46,111 bases of DNA from an uncultured Candidatus Rokubacteria bacterium. Lineage in GTDB: Bacteria > Methylomirabilota > Methylomirabilia > Rokubacteriales > CSP1-6. Position numbers and translations under genes: made by a program. The stretch spans positions 1-46,111 of the forward strand of contig CAWBMV010000008.1 in NCBI GenBank assembly GCA_963789955.1, read 5' to 3'. Position 1 is the first letter of the stretch, and every line of letters begins with the position of its first letter. Positions 14,765-25,343 of the stretch are shown here, one piece after another. The notes below the pieces were generated by a model. That model saw nothing but the letters and a program-made list of their open reading frames with translations, did not search any database and had not been told where the DNA came from.

Positions 14765-16658
14765 TCAGACTCGAGCTCGACAATCTCGATCGGCACGCAG
14801 GCCGCCGCGTAGCTCGCCACGTCCAGCCGCCAGCGACTTTCGCCATCACCCTCGTCGAGCCGCTCGAATCCCAGCCGTCGGGTAGTGCTCCTTCACCATG
14901 TCGTTCCGGTCGGTCGGCAAGTACTGGCCGATGACGGTCCGCACGCCGGCGCTCTTGGCGGCAGCCATGATGCAGTTGAGCGTCGTCTCTTCGAGCTTGC
15001 GATTGAGAACACGGCAGCTCATCAGCCAGGTGTCGATGACCCAGTCCGCGCCATCGGGCACGCAGATGACGATGGCGACGATGCCGTTGTCGCCGAACTT
15101 GTCGACCAGCCGGATTTGCAGCGTGAGACCGTCTGGCGATTCCTCGAGCGCCATCACCTGCGATTCGGTGTAGCGTCGCGTGGTCAGGTTGAACTGATTG
15201 GTCTTGTTGATCAGCTGGGTGATGCGGCCCGGGCTACGCTGTCGAAGCGGCCTGACGATGGCCTTCATGTCGAGCGAGCGCAGGTACGACGTCGAGATCG
15301 GTGGCGGCGCCGAGCAGCTCGGCACGCGCCGCATTCGCCTGGTACTGATCGGCGCGCAGACGGTCTTCCGCGGTGAACGCGATCGACTCGAAATAGCCCG
15401 CCGCCATCAGGATCTGAGCGAAGAACGCCGGATCCTCCGGCAGCTCGGGAACGGCGACCTCCGGCAGAGCGTCGCGCACCTGGGCGCGCTCGGCGGGATT
15501 GTCGTCGAGCAGCACGAGCGAATCGATGCCGATGTTGAGCGTCTCGGCGATCGCCTTGATGTTCGCTGCCTTGTCTCGCCAGTTCGCCTGAAACACGGCG
15601 ATGTGCTGACTCCTTGAGCAGCATCTCGGGGTGCTTTCGGAAAACGCTGCGCGCGACCTCGTCGTCGTTCTTCGAAGAGACCGCCAGGATCACGCCGCGA
15701 TCACGCAGGGCGAGCGCGGCCTGCTGAACGCTCAGGAACGCTTCGCCGGCAGGGCTGCCGTTGTCCGAGCACGATGCCGCCGAGCCCGTCATCACCGATC
15801 ACGCCGCCCCAGAGTGTATTGTCGAGGTCGAGCACGAGGCACTTTCGGGACTTGCCGCGCGCGGCGGCGAGAAGCCGACCGAGCCAGTCTGCGTACAACG
15901 GCACGACATCGTGTGCGCACGGAAACTTGCCGACCGCCCACTGCACCGGGTCGTGCCAACGTGTAAGTCCGACCACTTCGGCCAGTGCGGCGACGTCGAG
16001 CAGCAGATCGGAGGAGCCCGCCACAGCGGCTCTGAGATCTCTGTTGAATTGATCGATCATCCACTGCGTCGTCCCGGGCACGCTTCGCTCGAGACTGCCA
16101 AAGAGCGCCGTCGGCAGCTGAGGGAGAGTCTGCAGGATCACCGTACATCCGGAACTGTTGCGCAACCCGCGACGCAACGCATCGATGTGCTGCAATGCAT
16201 GATCGACGAGGCTTCGGGCGCGCTCCGGATCTCCGGGGACCGGGAGAAGCGCAAGCCCACGGTGATCCAGCGCGAGAAGAACGAAGTCGCAGCGGGCTCG
16301 GTTGATGTCCGATGAGGGATCCAATGCCTGCTGCGCCGCCTGGTCGAATGATGCCGCGACGACTCTCAAGCCAAACACCGTGTCGAAGCGCACTGACGAC
16401 AAAGGCCGGAAGAATCAGATCGGTGGTGCCGTTGGAAAGCACACCGAGTTTTACGGTCTTGATCTGATTCGCGCGCGATGATTCCTGGTCAGCGCCCGTG
16501 CCGAACGTATGGAGTTGATTGACGTCCAAATGGTGCAAGGCCAGCTGCCGCGCATGGAAAGATGACTCGGACTTCAGTTCTGCCAACGCCCGAACTTGCA
16601 GTCGAAAGTCATTCGGGGGCGCCAGAAGCCAAGGAAGGTTAGTCGGATTCGTTTGCAT
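14765..16658 (-). CDS. FkbH-like HAD-IIIC glyceryl transferase/phosphatase with C-terminal GNAT-like domain, frameshifted
   Basis: KCLVLDLDNTLWGGVIGDDG, LAVSSKND, ANWRDKA, LLDDNPAER, RITQLINKTNQFNLTTRRY, DKFGDNG and IDTWLMSCRVL. The 3' end is uncertain. Confidence 0.9.
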
Positions 16659-16683
16659 CGTTTACCTCCGTGAGAGACTGAGG

Positions 16684-16951
16684 TCAGGCACTGACCATGC
16701 GCCTTAGCCGGCGGCTCTTCTTCTCGATGACCGCCACAAGCTCTCCTACGTTTTTCAACGAGGTGGTTTCCATCGCGCTGAATCGTATCGAGAAGACGCG
16801 TTCGATCTCAAGGAACAGCCGTATGTTACCCGAGGCTGTCCCAGCCATCCACCTTCTGTGCGGTGAGATCCGGAGTTGCGACGACTTCGTCATTGTCGAA
16901 CACGTCGCGCAGAACTGATGTCAACTTGTCAAGAACCGATGCTTCCGGCAT
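16684..16951 (-). CDS. Acyl carrier protein (one frameshift next to the Ppant serine)
   Basis: MPEASVLDKLTSVLRDVFD...DGWDSLG(N)IRLFLEIERVFSIRF...LKNVGELV. The WDSL motif is typical of FkbH-associated ACPs; joined from the tail of ORF 16826..17656 and ORF 16684..16893. Confidence 0.88.
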
Positions 16952-17203
16952 TGGATTCCCTTGGGACCCTTGGGGGGCGACCCTTTCCGAAAATCGTCCA
17001 AATACCCTCGGACGACGTCGACGCGCTTCATTGAATCTCCAATCATTAACATGCGTAAACTGGGCCGTCAACATTACGGGTCCGTCACGGCGATCGGCCT
17101 TGGCCGGCGGCCCGAATCGGCCATCCGGCCTATCGATCGATTGACGCTGTGTGTTTGCCAGACTAAGATTTTTGGCGGTCACATCTCGGGGGGGTCCTCG
17201 CGA

Positions 17204-20200
17204 ATGCAATGTCCAAGGTGCCAGGAGCAAAACCCGCCTGGCATGAGGTTTTGCGGTCAGTGCGCCGCGCCGCTGGTGGCGGTCTGCCCGGCGTGCGGGG
17301 CCCAAAATCCCCCTGAGAACAAGTTCTGCGGTCAGTGCGCTGTCTCGCTCGTCAAGCCCGCGGCCGGGCGCTTCGACTCGCCCGAGACCTATACCCCCAA
17401 GCATCTGGCCGAGAAGATCCTCGTCTCCAAGATGGCGCTCGAGGGCGAACGCAAGCAGGTGACGGTGCTCTTTGCCGACATGAAGGGCTCGATGGAGCTC
17501 GTCGCCGGCCGCGATCCCGAGGAGGCCCGCAAGATCCTCGACCCGGTCGTCGAGCGGATGATGGAAGCAGTCCACGCCTACGAAGGCACCGTGAACCAGG
17601 TCATGGGTGACGGCATCATGGCGTTGTTCGGTGCACCGCTCGCCCACGAGGACCACGCGTTGCGGGCCGGGTACGCCGCCCTGAAGATGATGGAGACCAT
17701 CGGCGCCGAGCAGCAGCGGCGGGGACGGCCGCGCGACGAGGATCCGCAGATCAGGGTCGGGCTGAATCGGGCGAGGTCGTCTTCCGAAGCATCAACAACG
17801 ACCTCACCATGGAGTACAGCGCGGTCGGCCAGACCACGCATCTCGCCGCCCGGATGGAACAGCTCGCCGCGCCGGGGAGCATCCTGGCGACCGAGGCCTT
17901 CGCCCGGCTCACCGAAGGGCAACTGCACTTCAAGCCGCTCGGTGTCATGGCCATCAAGGGGCTGGCCGAGCCCGCCGACGTGTTTCAGCTGATCGACGCC
18001 GAGCCGACGCGCTCGCGCTTCCAGGCGGCGTCCGGTCGCGGGCTGACCCGATTCGTCGGCCGGTCGGAGGAGATGAACCGGCTCCGCCAGGCGCTCGAGC
18101 GCACGCGCGCCGGGCAGGGCCAGGTGGTGGCGGTCATCGGCGAGCCGGGCACCGGCAAGTCCAGGCTCTTCTACGAGTTCCTCGACTCGGAGCTGACCCG
18201 AGGCTGCCTGAAGGTCGAGACCGGGGCCGTCTCCTACAGCAAGCTCAACGCCTTCTCGCCGATTCGCGACCTGCTCAAGGACTACTGCCAGATCGAGGAG
18301 CGCGACGACCCGGCCAGGATCGAGGACAAGCTGAGCCACCGGGTCCTGGCGCTCGACGAGAGCTTCCGCGGCGTGCTGCCGGCGTTCCGGTCGCTCCTGG
18401 ACATTCCCGTCAACGACAACGACTGGGCGAGGCTCGAGCCGACGCAAAAGCGCCAGCAGATCCTCGAAGGCGTGAAGCGTCTGCTGATCCGGCAGAGCCA
18501 GGCGCAGCCGCTGATCGTCGCGTTCGAGAATCTCCAGTGGATCGACGCGCAGACGCAGGCCTTCCTCGACAGCCTCATCGAGAGCCTGCCGACCGCCCGC
18601 ATCCTGCTGGTCGCCAACTACCGGCCCGAATATCAGCACGGCTGGAGCAGCAAGACCTACTACACGCAGCTTCGGCTCGACCCTCTGTCTCGCGACAGCG
18701 CCGGCGAGCTCCTGCGCGTGCTGCTCGGCGACGATCCGGCGCTGCAGCCGCTGATGCGGCTCCTGATCGATCGGACCGACGGCAACCCGCTCTTCCTCGA
18801 GGAGAGCGTGCGCCACCTGATCGAGCTGAACGTGCTGGCCGGCCAGTGGGGCAAGCGGCGCCTGCTGAAGGCGCCGACGACGATCCAGGTGCCGCCCACC
18901 GTCGGAGCGATCCTGGCGGCCCGCATCGACCGGTTGCCGCCGGACGAAAAGCGCCTGCTGCAGTCGGCGGCGGTGATCGGCGAGAACGTGCCCTTCGCCC
19001 TGCTCAAGGACTTGACCAAGCTGCCCGAGGATCAGCTCCGGCGCAGCCTCGCGCATCTGCAGGCCTCGGAGTTTCTCTACGAAGCGAACCTCTTTCCCGA
19101 CCTCGAGTACACGTTCAAGCACGCGCTGACCCACGACGTCGCATACGGGAGCCTGCTGCAGGAAACTCGGCGCGTGCTGCACGGCCGCATCATGGCGGCG
19201 ATCGAGCGGCTGCACCCGGACCGGCTCGCCGAGCAGGTCGAGAGCCTCGCCAGCCACGCGTTCCGCGGCGCCGTGTGGGACAAGGCGGTCCGGTATCTGC
19301 GTCAGGCGTCGTCGAAGGCGGTCGGGCGTTCGGCGCACAGCGAAGCGGTCCGCTGCCTGGAGCAGGCGCTGGCGGCGCTGAAGGGCTTGCCCGAAAGCCG
19401 CGAGGCTCTGGAGGAGGCGATCGACATCCGCCTCGGCCTGCGCACCTCGCTCTTCGTGCTCGGCGAGATTCGCCGCGGTCTCGATTACCTGCACGAGGCC
19501 GAAGAGCTGGCTCGCCGGGTCGACGATCCGCGGCGACTTGGACTGGTGCTCGCGTACCTGGCGGTCAATACGTGGTCCACCGGCCATCCGACGGAAGCGC
19601 AGACCTTCGCGCAGAACGCGCTGGCGATCGCCACCAAGCTCGGCGACCACCCGCTGATGGTGATGGCCAACTTCTACCTCGGCTCGGGCAGCCTCATCCT
19701 GGGCGACTACCAGAGCGCCGCCGCGTTTCTCAAGCGAACTATGGGGCTGCTGGAAGGGCGAGAGAATGAGCGCCTGGTCATGGCCGGCTACCCAGCAGTC
19801 ATGGCCCGCGGATGGCTCTCGTGGGTCCTCGCCGACATCGGTGAATTCGAGGAGGGTGTCCGCCACGGACAGGACGCGCTCAAGATGGCCGAGACGTTCG
19901 GTCAGCCGTTCAGTCTGGCGCGGACCCTGAACGATCTCGGGTACCTCTACTGCGTCCGCGGCGACGTCAATCGCTCCGTGCCGGTGCTCGAGCGAGCGCT
20001 GGCGCTCTGGAGCGAGCGCAATCTCCGGATCTCCTCGCCGGTCACGATGGGCTTCCTCGGCTACGCGTACGCGCTCTCCGGGCGGGTCAGCGAAGGGCTC
20101 TCGCTGTTGCAGGAAGCCGAGGCGGCCGGCGAATCACTCAACCTGCACTGGTTCCGAGCCCTCCAGGACGTCCATATCGGCGAGACACACTTGGTCTCCG

Positions 20201-20556
20201 ACCGGCTCGATGAGGCGCGCCGCTATGCCGAGCGCGCCCTCGCGTTCGCCCGCGAGCGGCACATGCGCGGCTGTGAGGCCATGGCGCTTCGCCTGCTCGC
20301 GGAGACCGCTTTGCGCAGCGCCCCGCTCGAGGCGGAACGAGCGGCCGACCACTACCGACAAGCCCGGGCGCTCGCCGGAGAGCTCCGCATGCGGCCTCTC
20401 GTCGCGCACTGCGAGCTCGGTCTCGCCAAGCTCAATCAGCGCATCGGCCAGCAGCAGGAAGCCCGAGAGCACATCGCGACCGCCGTGACGATGTACCGCG
20501 AGATGGGCATGTCCTTCTGGCTGCCGGACGCCGAGGGGATGCGCGAGCTCGCCTAA
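17204..20556 (+). CDS. Double zinc ribbon + class III adenylate/guanylate cyclase + AAA/STAND ATPase + TPR protein (one frameshift ~17770)
   Basis: Four CxxC pairs (CPRC, CGQC, CPAC, CGQC), ERKQVTVLFADMKGS, MGDGIMALFGAP, Walker A GEPGTGKS, GNPLFLEE, YTFKHALT and a helical TPR-like C-terminus. Confidence 0.9.
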
Positions 20557-20636
20557 CCTGCCCTTCGACAAGCCGGCCGGAGCAGAGTAGGCTTCGGGCC
20601 AGATCGGGCCAAAACCTAGCTTCGAGGAGGGCACCC

Positions 20637-21101
20637 ATGGATCTTTCACGTCGTGAGCTCGCGGTGGCCAGCGCCGTCGCTCTCGCTGTTCCCGGGCTTC
20701 TGCTCAGCGGCTTCTCGGGTGCCGAAGCCTCGGCCGACGAGGCGGCGGTCGCCGAGAACGTCGAGGTCCTGAGAAAGGCGATCCTCGAAGCCGACAAGAG
20801 CAAGCTCGAGCAGGTCGCGGCCGGTCAGATCAGCTACGGCCATTCCGACGGCAGGGTCGAGACCAAGGACCAGTTCATCAACGGGGTGATGACCCGCAAG
20901 CAGACCGTCAAGTCGCTCGCGTTCCCCGACCTCAAGGTGGCGGTGGTCGGCAATGCCGCCGTCGCGCGTCACATCTACCTGGCCGAATCCGAGCTCGAGG
21001 GCAAGCCGACGACCACCAGGATCGGCGCACTCCAGGTGTGGCAAAAGCAGGAAGGCGCCTGGAAGCTGCTGGCGCGGCAGGGATTCAGGCTGCCCGCCTG
21101 A
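20637..21101 (+). CDS. Nuclear transport factor 2 (DUF4440-like) family protein with Tat-like signal
   Basis: SRRELAV twin-arginine leader, SYGHSDGRVETKDQF and LQVWQKQEGAWKLLARQ; RBS GAGGAGG upstream. Confidence 0.75.
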   Translation: MDLSRRELAVASAVALAVPGLLLSGFSGAEASADEAAVAENVEVLRKAILEADKSKLEQVAAGQISYGHSDGRVETKDQFINGVMTRKQTVKSLAFPDLKVAVVGNAAVARHIYLAESELEGKPTTTRIGALQVWQKQEGAWKLLARQGFRLPA

Positions 21102-21113
21102 GGCGGCGCGCGG

Positions 21114-22277
21114 CTACGCGCGCTTGAACGCCGGCATCACCTGCTTGGAGAAGCGCTCGAGCTGCTCGAGAATCACCGCCTCGGGCGTGCCGACGGGCTG
21201 ACCGACGTTGACCACCTCGAGCCCAGGATATTTGTGCTCGATCTCCTTCAGCTGCTCGGTGATCAGCTCGGCCGGACCGACGAGCCACGTGCCCGCCTTG
21301 ATCGCGTTGCGCAGGGTCGGTAGCCCGGCCTGACGCGCGCGCTTGGGGTCGGCGACCGCGTCGATCTGTTCCGGCGTGAGACCCGGCACGAACCCGAGCG
21401 GCGCGAACATCTTGATGTTCTCCTCGAAGAACGGCGTCGCCTCCTTGATGCCCTGCTCGACGCTGTCGGCGATGTAGAACGAAAACCCGATGCAGAGATC
21501 GCCGCCGAGCTGGGTCTCCCGCCCCGCTCGCGCGCGCGCCTCGCGGAAGGCGTGCACGACCTTCTCGTTGGCGCCCCCCTGCGCCGCGCCGCCGCCGATG
21601 ATGCCCTTGATGTTGTGCTTGGCCATGAAGTCCAGCGCCCGCGCGCTCGCGCTCACGACCGGCTGCCAGCACTCGACGGGGAGCGTCTTCGGGCGCGGCA
21701 CCAGCGAGATCTCCTTTAGATCGTAGCCGCGGTAGGGCACGCGCGGCGGGAGCGTGTAGTACTTGCCCTGGTGCGAGAAGGCGCGCTGATTGAACGATTT
21801 GAAGATGACGTCGACCTGCTCCTCGAAGAGCTCGCGGTTCGCGTTCTGGTCGAGCAGCGGCGCGCCGAACACCTCGACCTCGCGCGTGTGATAGCCGCGC
21901 CCGACGCCGAACACGACCCGCCCGCCGGTCAGGAGATCAGCGGTGGCGTAGTCCTCGGCCATCCGGAGCGGATGCCACATCGGCGCGATGTTGAAGCCGC
22001 ACCCGATCTTGATGTGCTTCGTGATGTGGCAGAGGTGCAGCGCCAGCATCAGGATGTTCGGGATGCACTCGTAGCCCTCGCGCTGGAAGTGATGCTCGGC
22101 CAGCCAGAAGGTGTCGTAGCCGGTGCGATCCATCAGCTTCGCGATCGCCTCGCTCTTGGGGAACACGCTCGCCAGCTGCTCGTCGGACAGCCAGCGGTCG
22201 TTCGCCGCCGTGCCCTCCAGCCCCTCGTTGTCCAGATCGACGTGCCCCGCGAACAAGCTGCCGAATTTCGTGATCAT
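21114..22277 (-). CDS. LLM-class (luciferase-like) flavin-dependent oxidoreductase
   Basis: GYDTFWLAEHHFQ, WHPLRMAEDYATADLLTGGRVVFGVGRGY and EQLERFSKQVMPAF; start MITKFGS at 22277 overlaps the upstream stop. Confidence 0.9.
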   Translation of the reverse strand: MITKFGSLFAGHVDLDNEGLEGTAANDRWLSDEQLASVFPKSEAIAKLMDRTGYDTFWLAEHHFQREGYECIPNILMLALHLCHITKHIKIGCGFNIAPMWHPLRMAEDYATADLLTGGRVVFGVGRGYHTREVEVFGAPLLDQNANRELFEEQVDVIFKSFNQRAFSHQGKYYTLPPRVPYRGYDLKEISLVPRPKTLPVECWQPVVSASARALDFMAKHNIKGIIGGGAAQGGANEKVVHAFREARARAGRETQLGGDLCIGFSFYIADSVEQGIKEATPFFEENIKMFAPLGFVPGLTPEQIDAVADPKRARQAGLPTLRNAIKAGTWLVGPAELITEQLKEIEHKYPGLEVVNVGQPVGTPEAVILEQLERFSKQVMPAFKRA

Positions 22278-23110
22278 GCTTGGCCTCCTGGCCGCTTCCA
22301 GCCGAGCCAGTCCACGACCGCGCCGCCCATCACGCGCTCGAGGTCTCGGCCTTTCAGCCACGGTAGCTCCTCGGTGAACATCGTCACGCATTGCCGGTAC
22401 GAGCACGGCATGCGCGTGATATCGGTGCCCCAGAACGAGCGCTCCGGCCCGAACGCCTCGAAGATCTGCCGCAGGTGGCCGTGGATGCTCTTGTACGGAT
22501 AGGGCTGGCTCGAGTAGCTCGGCGCGCCGGACATCTTGATCGCGACGTTGGGATACTTGGCCAGCGCGAGCGTGTCCTTGAGATCGGCGAAGGCCGCGTC
22601 GTCGGTGATGCCGGTGCCGCCCCCGTGGCGTCCGAGGTGATCGATGTGCAGCTTCAGTCGCGGATGCCGCTCGGCGATCTTCGCCAGCGCCGCCATCTGT
22701 CCGCCGGCCAGCAACCCGATCGGCAAGCCGGCTCGCTCGCAGGCCGCCCAGAACCAGTCCAGCGAGCCGTCGGTCCACCAGGCTTTCTGCTGCGGCTGGT
22801 TGAACGTGAACCGGAACCCGAGCATGCCCGGCCGCTCGCGCCAGTGCGCGACGATGCGCTCGCGATCAGGGCTTTCCAGATCGAAGTGCCCGAGGATGCA
22901 AAACTTGGCCGGATGCCGCCGGACCGCGTCGACCGCGAGCACGTTGACCGGCTCGCCGAGCGAGCTGGGCGGATGGATCACCGCGCAATCGACGCCGCCG
23001 GAGGCCATCTCGGCCAGCGCGTCGTCGACCGAATAGGTCGGGATCTGGCGGTGGTGCGCGCTCATCTTGCCGTTCTGCCAGAGATGGATCTGCGAATCGA
23101 CGATCAGCAT
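22274..23110 (-). CDS. Amidohydrolase-2 family metal-dependent hydrolase (lactonase-like)
   Basis: IVDSQIHLW, LHIDHLG, YPNVAIKMSG and FGPERSFWGTD. Confidence 0.85.
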   Translation of the reverse strand: MLIVDSQIHLWQNGKMSAHHRQIPTYSVDDALAEMASGGVDCAVIHPPSSLGEPVNVLAVDAVRRHPAKFCILGHFDLESPDRERIVAHWRERPGMLGFRFTFNQPQQKAWWTDGSLDWFWAACERAGLPIGLLAGGQMAALAKIAERHPRLKLHIDHLGRHGGGTGITDDAAFADLKDTLALAKYPNVAIKMSGAPSYSSQPYPYKSIHGHLRQIFEAFGPERSFWGTDITRMPCSYRQCVTMFTEELPWLKGRDLERVMGGAVVDWLGWKRPGGQA

Positions 23111-23315
23111 GGCGTCCCTCCTGATCCCCGGTAGAGCTTACCTCAAACGCCCCGCTCTCCCGGCGCTGTTGACCTGCGCCCGTCAGGATGGTCAAATTGG
23201 GCCCCGACGTCTCTGGGCCTCTATGTCGCTTTTGGTACGAAGCTCCGTGCTCTCGAAGCTCGGCGTCGCTACTGCGTCGAGAGGAACTCCGCCCGTGTCG
23301 CTCTGGAGCCTCGCG

Positions 23316-25322
23316 ATGCAGGGACAGGGCGCGCTCCTCCAGGGCGTCCTGGCGTTCTGTCTGTTCGAGGCCGCCTTCTACTTCGCCTATCGCTACGGCA
23401 TGTCCTTCAGCCAGGCCGTCGCATCGCCGTTCTGGTTTCCCGATTCGGTGCTGTTGTGCGCGCTGCTGCTGACGCGACGCGGCCTGTGGCCGATCTTCGT
23501 CCTCGGTGCGCTGCCCATTCGACTCTTCTCGGACGTGGCCCGCGACATTCCGCTCTGGTTCTTGCTGGCCACGTACGCGATCGACTCGGCCAGAGGCGTC
23601 GTCACGGCGTTCGCGCTGCGCCGGGTCATGCGAAATCCTGCTCGCTTCGAAAGCGTTCAAGAGTTCGGCGCGTTTTGTTTGTGGGCGGTGCTGCTGATCC
23701 CGACAGCTTCGGCCTTCGCCGGGGCATTCGCGCGCCAGGCGCTCGGCCACGAGTTCTGGTCGGCCTGGGAACAGTGGTTCCTGGGCAACGCGCTCACCCA
23801 TCTCGTCGTGACCCCGGTGATCCTCTACTGGGTGTTCGGCGCGCTCGGGGACATCCGCGCCTCGAGCGCGAAGCGCCGGCTGGAAGGTGGGCTCCTGGCG
23901 ATCGGCCTCGTCGTCAGCGGCTATCTGGCCTTCGGCACGCAAGCCGGCTCGCTCAGCTTCGCCGAGCCGCGCTTCTATGCGCCGGTGCCGTTCCTCTTCT
24001 GGGCGGCGATCCGGTTCGGCATGGCCGGCGCGTCCGGCGCGGTCGCGATCATCGCGTTGCTGTCGGTCGAGGCCGCTCTCGAGGGGCGCGGGCCGTTTTC
24101 CGGCCAGTCGCCGGCCGGCACGGCGCTGGCGCTCCAGCATTTCCTCCTGCTGCGGGCCGCTCCGCTCTATCTGATCGCCATTCTCAGCGAGCAGCGAAAG
24201 GGCGTCGAGCAGTCGTTGCGAGAGAGCCAGGAACGGATGAGCCTGGCCGCGACCGCCGCCGAGCTCTGGCTCTGGGAGTGGGACCTCGTCGAGGACCAGA
24301 TCTGGCTCACCAATCCGAGCGGCGGGCACGACGGCCTCGGGAGATTCGCCCCGATGCGCTTCGAGACGTTCATGCAGCGGGTTCACCCCGACGACCGCGC
24401 GGCGCTCACCAGCGGCCTCGCGCAATGCACGAACGGCACCGACTACGAGGGCAAATATCGCATCACGCTCGGCGGCCGGTTGAGATGGATCGCGACGGTC
24501 GGTCACGTCGAGCTCGACGCCGCGCGCACACCCATCCGGATACGCGGCATCTCGCGAGACATCACGCACAGCCAGCGTGTGGAGCAGCAGGTCCAGCAGC
24601 AGCGCAACGAGCTCGCCCAGCTGTCGCGCGTCGCGGTGCTCGGCGAGCTGTCCGGCTCGCTGGCGCACGAGCTGAATCAACCCCTGAGCGCGATCCTCAC
24701 CAACGCGCAGGCGGCGCAGCGCTTTCTCGCCCAGGACCGGGCCGACCCGAAGGACATTCGCGAGATTCTCAGCGACATCGTCGCGGACGACCAGCGCGCG
24801 GCCGGGATCATCCAGCGGCTACGGGAGCTGTTCCAGCGGGGCGAGACACAGCGCCAGCCGATCGACGTGAACGAGCTGGTGCGCGACGCGCTGAGGCTCG
24901 TGCAGAACGAGCTGACCGCCAACGGCGTGGACGTCGGCACGGAGCCGGCCGCCGATCTCCGGCCGGCCAGCGGCGATCGCGTCCAGCTGCAGCAGCTGCT
25001 CGTCAATCTGATCACCAACGCCTGCCATGCCATGGCCGAGGTCCCGGCGTCCAGCCGACGGCTCGTCATCCGCACCGGGTTCGCCGACGGCGAAGGCGTG
25101 CGCGTCACCGTCGCGGACTCGGGGCCGGGTATTCCACCCGATTGCCTCGCCCGCATCTTCGAGCCGTTCTTCACCACGCGGCGCGAAGGAATGGGGCTCG
25201 GCCTCACGGTGTGCCGCACCATCATTCGCGTGCACCGCGGAACCCTCTGGGCCGAGAACAACGCCGACGGCGGAGCGAGCTTTCACTTCGTCTTGCCGCT
25301 CGCGGAGCCGACAGAAGCCTAG
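23316..25322 (+). CDS. MASE1-PAS sensor histidine kinase (FixL/NtrB-like transmitter)
   Basis: Multi-TM MASE1 region (ASPFWFPDSVLL, FLFWAAIRFG), PAS (RVHPDDR), H-box SLAHELNQPL, N-box VNLITNA and G-boxes DSGPG, FEPFFTT, GMGLGL. Start uncertain. Confidence 0.88.
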   Translation: MQGQGALLQGVLAFCLFEAAFYFAYRYGMSFSQAVASPFWFPDSVLLCALLLTRRGLWPIFVLGALPIRLFSDVARDIPLWFLLATYAIDSARGVVTAFALRRVMRNPARFESVQEFGAFCLWAVLLIPTASAFAGAFARQALGHEFWSAWEQWFLGNALTHLVVTPVILYWVFGALGDIRASSAKRRLEGGLLAIGLVVSGYLAFGTQAGSLSFAEPRFYAPVPFLFWAAIRFGMAGASGAVAIIALLSVEAALEGRGPFSGQSPAGTALALQHFLLLRAAPLYLIAILSEQRKGVEQSLRESQERMSLAATAAELWLWEWDLVEDQIWLTNPSGGHDGLGRFAPMRFETFMQRVHPDDRAALTSGLAQCTNGTDYEGKYRITLGGRLRWIATVGHVELDAARTPIRIRGISRDITHSQRVEQQVQQQRNELAQLSRVAVLGELSGSLAHELNQPLSAILTNAQAAQRFLAQDRADPKDIREILSDIVADDQRAAGIIQRLRELFQRGETQRQPIDVNELVRDALRLVQNELTANGVDVGTEPAADLRPASGDRVQLQQLLVNLITNACHAMAEVPASSRRLVIRTGFADGEGVRVTVADSGPGIPPDCLARIFEPFFTTRREGMGLGLTVCRTIIRVHRGTLWAENNADGGASFHFVLPLAEPTEA

Positions 25323-25343
25323 CCCAAATCTCAGGAGGAGATC

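Noticed and set aside
14765..16951. FkbH + ACP as a tetronate or methoxymalonyl-ACP secondary-metabolite cluster
   Set aside because: No KS/FabH-like condensing enzyme, acyl-CoA dehydrogenase, O-methyltransferase, PKS or NRPS is nearby; the linked genes are an MBOAT and an SGNH-like protein.
17085..17140. GC-rich imperfect inverted repeats in the ACP/cyclase intergenic region as a riboswitch or ncRNA
   Set aside because: Pairings are short GGCC/GATC matches expected by chance, and no known aptamer consensus was recognised.
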